Notes under the pieces: generated by a model
The model's database searches: none
What the model saw: only the letters and a program-made list of their open reading frames with translations
What the model was told of the DNA's origin: nothing
Origin: Candidatus Binataceae bacterium
Lineage (GTDB): Bacteria; Desulfobacterota; Binatia; Binatales; Binataceae
Assembly (NCBI GenBank): GCA_035295545.1
Contig: DATGIT010000010.1
Location: 76,513 to 140,512 of the forward strand
Direction of reading: 5' to 3'
DNA: 64,000 bases
Part shown: one piece after another, positions 56,115 through 64,000 of the stretch
Position numbering within the stretch: position 1 is the stretch's first letter
Layout: each line of letters begins with the position of its first letter
Position numbers and translations under genes: made by a program

Positions 56115-57083
56115 CTACGGAATCAGCAGCAGTTTTCCCACTGACCGGCGCGACTGCAGATGGCGGATCGCTTCGGCCGCGTCCGCCAGCGCGAATTTGC
56201 GGCCGATCGGCACGGCGAGTCTGCCCTCGCGCGCGAGGCGGAAAACGTCGTCGAGGCCGTGGCGATGGATTTCGTGCATCGCGTACACCATCGGCACCGC
56301 GAAGCCGCTTATCTTGAGCGCCTTGCCGAACAGGACCATCGGACTTATCGCGTCGGGAACGCCTCCGGCGCGGCCGTAGAGCACGAGATGGCCGAACGGC
56401 GCGAGGCACTGGAGGCCCTTGTTGAAGGTGGGTTTGCCGACCGCGTCGAGTATGAGATCGACGCCGCGCCCCGCGGTCAGCCGCAGGGCCTCGACCGCGA
56501 AATCGTGCTTTTCGTAATTGATGACCTCGTCGGCGCCGAATTTCCGCACCAGCTCGATCTTGTCGTCGTTCGAGACGGTGCCGAAAACCCGCGCGCCGGC
56601 GGCCCTGGCGATCTGCACGGCCGCGATGCCGACGCCGCCGGCGGCCGAATGCACGATCACCGATTGTCCCAGCGTGGTCCGATGGCAACTGTGCAGCAGG
56701 TGCCACGCGGTGAGCACAGCGATCGGAAATGCGGCGCCCTGCTCGAAGCTCATCTCGTCGGGCAGCACGATCGCGCGCGAGCGGCGCAGCCGGATATACT
56801 CGGCGTACGCGCCCATCCCGATATAGGCTACGCGCGCGCCGACCGCGATATCCGTGACATCGGGCGCGACCGCTTCGACCACGCCGGCACCCTCCATGCC
56901 CGGCGTGTCGGGAAATACGGGCTTGACGATGTATTCGCCGCGCAGGAACAGGACGTCGCCGAAGTTGAGCGCGATTACGCGGTTGCGAACGACGATCGTG
57001 CCCGGTTGGAGCTCCGGCTTCGGCACCTCGCGCAGTTGCATCACCTCGGCGCCGCCCAGCCGCTCGAATTGGATTGCTTTCAT
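56115..57083 (-). CDS. Zinc-binding dehydrogenase / NADPH:quinone oxidoreductase family
   Basis: ATG at 57083 (MKAIQFERLGG...). MDR fold with nucleotide-binding AAGGVGIAAVQIARAAGARV. The track ORF N-terminal extension is rejected. Confidence 0.8.
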   Translation of the reverse strand: MKAIQFERLGGAEVMQLREVPKPELQPGTIVVRNRVIALNFGDVLFLRGEYIVKPVFPDTPGMEGAGVVEAVAPDVTDIAVGARVAYIGMGAYAEYIRLRRSRAIVLPDEMSFEQGAAFPIAVLTAWHLLHSCHRTTLGQSVIVHSAAGGVGIAAVQIARAAGARVFGTVSNDDKIELVRKFGADEVINYEKHDFAVEALRLTAGRGVDLILDAVGKPTFNKGLQCLAPFGHLVLYGRAGGVPDAISPMVLFGKALKISGFAVPMVYAMHEIHRHGLDDVFRLAREGRLAVPIGRKFALADAAEAIRHLQSRRSVGKLLLIP

Positions 57084-57126
57084 CTGCCGCTCCGGGTTGC
57101 TCGCTTTTGGCCCGCGCGCGATCGAC

Positions 57127-57897
57127 CTATGCGCGGGGCGCGGGCGCGACGATCGAGTCGAGGAACTCGACCGAACGGAGCTTGCGATCGACCACCGACG
57201 CGATGAAGCGCGCAATCGCGAGCGCTCCGTCGCCGCCCGCCGCCGGCATCGCGGATGCGTTGGCCAGCGGTTCGCGCCCCAGTATGGCCAGCGCGGCGGC
57301 GCTCGCCCGACTGAGCCGGATTGCGCCCTCGGGCGTGCGTTCGCGGCATCGCGCACAGACGATTCCGCCGCGTCCGATCGTGAAATACACGGCCGCCGCC
57401 TCGGTCTGGCTTTCACCGCACATGCGGCACCGATCGAATTCCATCCCGAACCCGGCCCATCGCAACAGCTTCAGCTCGTAGGCCTGCCGCAGGGCAGGGC
57501 CAGCGGCGCTTATGGCAAGCGCGGCCAGGGCTTCGGCCAGCAGATGGTATGCGTCGGCGGCTTCAGCGTCTTCGGAGGTCAGCGCGTCCGTCAACTCCAG
57601 CATGTAGCTGCCGAGCGCGAGGCGGCCGAGGTCGTCTTCGAGACGAAAGGGATGAAGGTCCGCGGCCTCGGCACGGGTGATGAAGACCAGCTGGCCATGC
57701 AGGCGGCGGCGAAAGTACAGCATCACGTGCGAAAACGGTTCGAGCCGATGTTCGAAGCGCCGGCGCGATGCCTTGGCGCCCTTGGCGATGCCGCCGAGCT
57801 TGCCCGCACGCTCGGTGAGCAGCGTGACGATCCGATCGGACTCCATGTAGTCGCGCGTGCGCAGCACGATGGCGGGGGTGGCTTCCTCGACGGGCAT
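57127..57897 (-). CDS. recO: DNA repair protein RecO
   Basis: ATG at 57897. N-terminal OB fold (AIVLRTRDYMESDRIVTLLT) and C-terminal zinc finger CxxC...CxxC (CRMCG...CARC). 256 aa. Confidence 0.8.
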   Translation of the reverse strand: MPVEEATPAIVLRTRDYMESDRIVTLLTERAGKLGGIAKGAKASRRRFEHRLEPFSHVMLYFRRRLHGQLVFITRAEAADLHPFRLEDDLGRLALGSYMLELTDALTSEDAEAADAYHLLAEALAALAISAAGPALRQAYELKLLRWAGFGMEFDRCRMCGESQTEAAAVYFTIGRGGIVCARCRERTPEGAIRLSRASAAALAILGREPLANASAMPAAGGDGALAIARFIASVVDRKLRSVEFLDSIVAPAPRA

Positions 57898-57917
57898 CGG
57901 TCCGCTCGCGCGCCGCG

Positions 57918-59039
<1,122 letters not shown>

Positions 59040-59168
59040 CGATCGATTCTTAGCAAAGCGCGCCCGCGCACGCATCACGCCCGGGCGAAATCCCTCGCTT
59101 GCCGGGCATGCTCGCAAGGCGTTACAAGGGATGAGACAACCCCGCGCAGGGCTGGCAGGAGGACGCGT

Positions 59169-60368
59169 ATGGACAAGGCGCTCTCAGGTTTAAAGGTGCT
59201 CGATCTGACGCAGTTCGAGGCCGGCACCTCGTGCACCGAGATGCTGGCGTGGCTGGGTGCGGACGTGATCAAGCTGGAAGCGCCCGGCCGTGGCGAGCAG
59301 GGACGCTGGCAACTGACGGAAAAGCCCGGCGTCGATTCGCATTACTTCATGCTGCTCAACGCCAACAAGCGCTCCATCACGCTCAATCTGAAGGACGAGC
59401 GCGGCAAGAAAATTTTCGTCGAGCTGGTCAGGAAGGTCGACGTGCTGGCGGAGAATTACTCGCTCGGCACCCTCGAGAGCTGGGGCTTTGGATGGGAGCG
59501 GCTGCGCGAGATCAATCCGCGCCTGATCTACCTCACCATCAAGGGCTTCGGCACCTACGGCCCGTACAGCAGGTACAAGAGCTTCGACATGATCGCCCAG
59601 GCCGCGGGCGGCGCGATGGCGCTCACCGGAACGCCGGAAACCATTCCGCTCAAGCCCGGACCGACGATCGGCGACACCGGCACGGGCATGCACGCGGCGG
59701 TCGGCGTGCTTGCCGCTTTTATCCAGCGCGAGCGCACCGGCAAGGGGCAGAAGGTCGAGCTTTCGATGCAGGACGCGGTGCTCAACTTCTGCCGCGTGCC
59801 GATGATGGGCACCTACATCACGCACAAGCCGGTGCCGCGGATGGGCAACCGCATTGCCGCCGGCGCGCCCGCCGACACCTACAAGTGCGCGCCCGGCGGC
59901 GAAAACGATTACGTCTATATCCTGTGCACCACACCCGAGATGTGGACGAATCTGTGCCTGGCGATGGGCCGGCCGGAGATGGCGGGCGATGAGCGCTTCA
60001 AGGATCGCCGCTCGCGGCTGCATCACGTCGAGGAAGTGACGGCCGCGATTAATGCCTGGACCGGCCGCCACACCAAGCACGACGTGATGCGCATCCTCGG
60101 CGAAGCCGGCGTTCCGTGCGGCAAAGTGCTCGACAGCGTCGAGCTGCTCAACGATCCGCACCTGCGTGAGCGCGGGATGATCACCACCATCAACCATCCG
60201 GTGCGCGGCGAATTCACGATGCCCGGATGTCCGGTGAAGCTCGAGGACTCGCCGGTCGAGGTGCGCAGCGCGCCGCTGCTGGGCGAGCACAACCACGAGG
60301 TCTTCGCCCAGTATCTCGGCTTCGACGCGGCCGAGATCGAGCGGCTCAAGCAGGAAGGCGTGCTCTGA
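59169..60368 (+). CDS. CoA-transferase family III (CaiB/BaiF, formyl-CoA transferase-like)
   Basis: ATG at 59169 (MDKALSGLKVLDLTQFEAGTSCTEMLAWLGADVIKLE), 399 aa. Confidence 0.8.
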   Translation: MDKALSGLKVLDLTQFEAGTSCTEMLAWLGADVIKLEAPGRGEQGRWQLTEKPGVDSHYFMLLNANKRSITLNLKDERGKKIFVELVRKVDVLAENYSLGTLESWGFGWERLREINPRLIYLTIKGFGTYGPYSRYKSFDMIAQAAGGAMALTGTPETIPLKPGPTIGDTGTGMHAAVGVLAAFIQRERTGKGQKVELSMQDAVLNFCRVPMMGTYITHKPVPRMGNRIAAGAPADTYKCAPGGENDYVYILCTTPEMWTNLCLAMGRPEMAGDERFKDRRSRLHHVEEVTAAINAWTGRHTKHDVMRILGEAGVPCGKVLDSVELLNDPHLRERGMITTINHPVRGEFTMPGCPVKLEDSPVEVRSAPLLGEHNHEVFAQYLGFDAAEIERLKQEGVL

Positions 60369-60430
60369 CGCCCTGCCGCGCCGCAATCCTTCCTGCGCCT
60401 CGTGACCGGCGATGACTGCGAGCGATCCCG

Positions 60431-62008
60431 ATGACGGCGAGCGACCTGTTCGGCGCGGCTGAACGGCTCAGGCGCGACGGCCCGGGCCTGCTGCGCGCCT
60501 TCGTGCGTTCCCATCGCGGGGCGCTCTCCGCCGATCTGCGGTTCGAAGTCATGTTCAGCCGCTCGAGTTCAGCTGCGGACGGCGAGCCGCGCTCGGCGCT
60601 GGAGGGCGAGAGCGCGGGTTTCTGCGTGAGCGTTTGCGCCGGCGAAGGCTCGGGCGCCTCCGGCGCGGCTCAGACGGGGGTCGAGCTGGGGCGCCTTGCG
60701 CTTCGTTCGCAGCCTACGGTCGCGGCGATTCGAGCAGCGCTCGAGGAGGCGTATGAGCGCGCGCGACTCGGAGCGCGCGAGAAGGCCGCGCTCCTGCGGA
60801 CGCTCGGCGCGCGCGGGCGAAGCCTGGCGGACGCGGCGGCCGCGCCGCGCGAGCCGGTGCGGGACGCGGTGCCCGCCGTCTATCGATGCGACCCGCGGGC
60901 GCTCGCGCCGGACGCGCTCGGACGTCTCTGCCATGACGCCTCGGCGCGCGTCGCGGAGCTCGGCCCGGAAATCGCCTACAACGCGATCGCGGCGACCAGC
61001 GAATTGCGCGAAGAATTGTTCATCGGCAGCGACGACACGCTGATCAGCCAATGCTTCTCCTTCTCGCAGGGCGACTGCTACGTGGTCGCGCAGTCCGGCG
61101 ACGGTCATCAGGAGATCTACGACTCGATCGGGCAGCAGCGCGGGTTCGAATGCCTCGCCGAAGGCTGGCGCGATGAGCTGATGCCCAATCCGGACCTGAC
61201 CACCTTCGCCCTGGCGCTGGCTGGCGAAGCGCGCGATCTGGCGGCGGCGCCGGTGCTCAAGCCGCCCGCCGGTGAGGTCACGGTGGTCACGGACCCGCAT
61301 TTCAATGCGCTGCTCGCGCACGAAATTGTCGGCCATCCGAGCGAAGCCGATCGCGCGCTCAAGATGGAAGCGGCGTACGCTGGACGAAGCTGGTTTCTGC
61401 GCTCGCTCAAAGACAGCGAGGTCGGCCGCCGCGTCGGCTCGCCGCTGTTGAGCGCCTGTTCCGATCCCACGCTGCACGGCTTCGGCCATTATCGCTACGA
61501 TCACGAAGGCACGCGCGGCCGGCGCGCGATGCATATCGAGAACGGAATATTTCGCGGGTTTCTCAACTCGCGCGAGACCGCCGCGGTGCTCGGTGTCGAG
61601 CCCAACGGATCGGCGCGCGCGAGCGAGGTCTTTTATGTTCCGCTGATTCGCATGTCGAACACGTTCCTGCTGCCGGGCGAGACCGATCCGCGCGCCATCA
61701 TTGGCGAAGTCGAACGCGGCTACTACGTTTGTGGCAGCGCCGTGCCCTCGATCGCCGAGTCGCGCGAGAACTTCCGCATCTCGGCGCGCCGCGTCTACGA
61801 GATCGAGCAGGGCCGGATCGGGCGCCTGTATCGATCCGGGAGCGTGATCGCCGACTCGAAAGAGTTCTTCTCGCGTATCGACGCCGTGGGCAATGACCTG
61901 CGCCTGATCGCGATTCCCAACTGCGGCAAGGGCCAGCCGATGCAGGTGAAGCGTATGTCCAACGGCGGGCCGACGCTGCGCTCGCGCGCGCGGCTGGGCG
62001 GCGGATGA
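60431..62008 (+). CDS. tldD: TldD-family metalloprotease
   Basis: HExxxH zinc motif (HEIVGHPSE) and conserved C-terminal GxC motif. 525 aa. Confidence 0.8.
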   Translation: MTASDLFGAAERLRRDGPGLLRAFVRSHRGALSADLRFEVMFSRSSSAADGEPRSALEGESAGFCVSVCAGEGSGASGAAQTGVELGRLALRSQPTVAAIRAALEEAYERARLGAREKAALLRTLGARGRSLADAAAAPREPVRDAVPAVYRCDPRALAPDALGRLCHDASARVAELGPEIAYNAIAATSELREELFIGSDDTLISQCFSFSQGDCYVVAQSGDGHQEIYDSIGQQRGFECLAEGWRDELMPNPDLTTFALALAGEARDLAAAPVLKPPAGEVTVVTDPHFNALLAHEIVGHPSEADRALKMEAAYAGRSWFLRSLKDSEVGRRVGSPLLSACSDPTLHGFGHYRYDHEGTRGRRAMHIENGIFRGFLNSRETAAVLGVEPNGSARASEVFYVPLIRMSNTFLLPGETDPRAIIGEVERGYYVCGSAVPSIAESRENFRISARRVYEIEQGRIGRLYRSGSVIADSKEFFSRIDAVGNDLRLIAIPNCGKGQPMQVKRMSNGGPTLRSRARLGGG

Positions 62009-62015
62009 AACCGCG

Positions 62016-63560
62016 GTGAGATCGGCGGCGGAACTGAAAGGCTTCGCGCGCGAGGCGCGCGCAATGCTCGCGTGCGAGCGCGACCTGGCCGCATTCGAGA
62101 TCTATTGCGTATCGGCGGAAAACCGCGTCGCCCGCATTGCCTACACCTCAGACATCGCCTGCCGTGGCGTCGAAGAGCTGAAGTCGCACGGCGCCGACGG
62201 TTTCGCCCTGCGCATCGTCGTGCGCCGCAACCCGCACGAGATCGGTATCGCCACCGAGGCCGCGGACCTGAGCGTCGCGGCGCTGCGTGCGGCGCTCGCG
62301 CGGGCGCGCGGCGCCGCTTTGGTCGATCCTCATTTTCCGGGGCTTCCCGATGCGCCGCGCCCGCGCGGGCGAGAGGAGGTCCGCGCGTCCGCGGCCGCGA
62401 GCCTGATGCGCGGCGGCGACCGCGCGCTGGTCGAATCGGCATGGGGCGCTGTCCGCGGCGCGCTGGCGGCGTTTGCGGCGAAGCCCGCGCGCCATCCGGA
62501 GCGGCCGGGCCTCGTGCTGGGCGGCGACGTCACGGTAGTGCGCGACCGCATGGCGATCGCAAGTTCGTGCTTCAATGACGTGCGCGCCGAGGCGGGCGCC
62601 CATTTCAGCTGCAGCGTGACCGCCCTCGTCGAATCGCTGGGCGCCAAGGGCACGGCCTCCGCGTTCGGCACGATGGCAGCCGAGATGCAGCGCGTGGCGG
62701 CGCGAGCCGGAGGTGAGGCGGTGGCCCGCGCGCTCGCGCTGGGCGGCGGCGAGCGGCCGGTCGGAGGAAATTACCGGATGGTGTTCGGGCCGCAGCCGGT
62801 CGCCGAGATACTCAACTACATGGTAATCCCGTCGCTGACCACCGGCGCGTTCCAGGCCGCGAGCACTGCTTTTCATGGCCGCTTCGGCGCGCAGGTGATG
62901 GATGCGCGGCTGACGCTGATCGACGATCCGGGCGCGGCGCGCGGCGCGATCCGGCGGCGGCTGACCTGCGAAGGACTGCCCGCGCGGCGGACGACCTTGA
63001 TCGAAGACGGACGGTTGGTGGGGCTGCTTTCGAATTTTTACGACAGCCATCGGCTGGCCACCGACGAGCATCGCGCCGACAAGCTCGGCCCGCTCGGCCC
63101 GGCGGAAGTCGCGTTTCCGGCGGCGAGCGGCTACCGCCTGGGCGAGACCGCCGCGCGGCGCTTCGATGCCGGCCCGGGCACGGCCGCGACCAATGTCATC
63201 ATGCGCGCGCGCGGCGGCGTCAGCGAGCGCGAGCTGATACGCGCGGTGGGCGAGGGGATTTACGTCGGCCGCGTTTGGTACACGTATCCGATCAACGGGC
63301 AGCGAGCCGGAGATTTCACCTGCACGGTGAGCGGCGACTCCTGGCTGATTCGCGGCGGCAGATTGGCGGTTCCGCTTGCGCCCAACGCGCTGCGGATCAA
63401 CGCGAATATCGGGCAGGTCTTCGCTCATCCGCTCGGCGTGGGTAATCGCGCCGCGCCGGTGCTGGTGTGGGGCGCGCCCGAAGCGTACTACACGATCGCG
63501 CTCGCCGCACGGGATATTCCGCTGAGCGCGATCCAAGCCTCGCAGTCATCAATGGAATGA
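62016..63560 (+). CDS. pmbA: PmbA/TldE-family protein (TldD partner)
   Basis: TldD/PmbA fold without HExxxH. Immediately downstream of tldD. Confidence 0.75.
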   Translation: MRSAAELKGFAREARAMLACERDLAAFEIYCVSAENRVARIAYTSDIACRGVEELKSHGADGFALRIVVRRNPHEIGIATEAADLSVAALRAALARARGAALVDPHFPGLPDAPRPRGREEVRASAAASLMRGGDRALVESAWGAVRGALAAFAAKPARHPERPGLVLGGDVTVVRDRMAIASSCFNDVRAEAGAHFSCSVTALVESLGAKGTASAFGTMAAEMQRVAARAGGEAVARALALGGGERPVGGNYRMVFGPQPVAEILNYMVIPSLTTGAFQAASTAFHGRFGAQVMDARLTLIDDPGAARGAIRRRLTCEGLPARRTTLIEDGRLVGLLSNFYDSHRLATDEHRADKLGPLGPAEVAFPAASGYRLGETAARRFDAGPGTAATNVIMRARGGVSERELIRAVGEGIYVGRVWYTYPINGQRAGDFTCTVSGDSWLIRGGRLAVPLAPNALRINANIGQVFAHPLGVGNRAAPVLVWGAPEAYYTIALAARDIPLSAIQASQSSME

Positions 63561-63665
63561 GCGCGTAACGCGCAGGGCACGAGGCGTGACCGGCCGGGGA
63601 ATGAGCGTGCGCAAGGCGCCGGTCTGCCAGGTGCGGGCTGCTCAGGCGCCGAGCGGCGCCGGCGC

Positions 63666-64000
63666 TCAAGGCCGTTTCATGTTGGGGCCGTTGCCGACGT
63701 CTCCCGAGACCTTCTCATCGTCCTTGTAAACGTCGGTCCATTCTTTGAACCCGTTGGGGTCCCATCGATGCCATACGCCCTCGCGCTTACCGTCGCGATA
63801 TTCACCTTCGATCGCCTTGGCGCCGTTGGCATACCAGCTTATGTGCAGGCCGTTCTGGACTCCGTCTTTGTAATGGTCGAGTGAGGCGCGCTGTCCGTTG
63901 GCGTGCCACATCGTCCATTCGCCGGCCTGTTTGCCGTCGTGGTAGTAGCCGTCGATCATGCGGCTGCCGCTCAGGTTGTAGACGACGAACGGCCCGTCCT
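63666..64000 (-). CDS. MORN-repeat (YwqK-like) protein, 5'-truncated by the window edge
   Basis: Repeats of G-x-W-x-x-W/Y-x-x-G (GEWTMWHANGQ, GLHISWYANGA, GVWHRWDPNG). The frame stays open to position 64000. Confidence 0.5.
   Translation of the reverse strand, partial: DGPFVVYNLSGSRMIDGYYHDGKQAGEWTMWHANGQRASLDHYKDGVQNGLHISWYANGAKAIEGEYRDGKREGVWHRWDPNGFKEWTDVYKDDEKVSGDVGNGPNMKRP

Overview
High-GC (roughly 65-70%) bacterial chromosomal segment, most likely from a Gram-negative organism: several lipobox and Tat signal peptides and an outer-membrane beta-barrel are present. It is densely packed with about 60 features that are mostly housekeeping genes. Main blocks: lysC-cimA-cysE; a conserved tRNA-modification and ribosome-biogenesis run (cysteine desulfurase, mnmA, MiaB-family methylthiotransferase, rnc, era, der) ending in tRNA-Arg(ACG); sirtuin; glyA; uppP; coaBC; inositol-3-phosphate synthase; recO; msrA; and a tldD/pmbA pair. 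There are no rRNA genes, CRISPR arrays, transposases or integrases.

Features worth a second look:
- A roughly 400-bp AT-rich islet just downstream of tRNA-Arg encodes a 64-aa peptide. Its leader and core fit the lasso-peptide precursor pattern (W-x-x-P-x-I-x3-G-x5-T-x, then Gly1...Asp8). A strong hairpin follows it and an ICMT-family methyltransferase lies nearby, but no lasso B or C maturation genes are in the window.
- A circularly-permuted ATP-grasp / alpha-E / transglutaminase-like triad.
- A cold-adaptation-like cluster: RRM RNA-binding protein, DEAD-box helicase, and two desaturases.
- A translationally coupled operon of a small secreted protein, cytochrome b561 and a sulfite-oxidase-family molybdoenzyme.
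- A truncated RavA-like AAA+ ATPase upstream of recO with no ViaA partner.
- A molybdate/tungstate-type ABC transporter with an outer-membrane barrel and a divergent HTH-PBP regulator.
- A Vgb-like beta-propeller lipoprotein with a 12-proline stalk.

Many long ORFs antisense to real genes are high-GC artefacts and were ignored. Gene starts I refined myself may be off by a few nucleotides.
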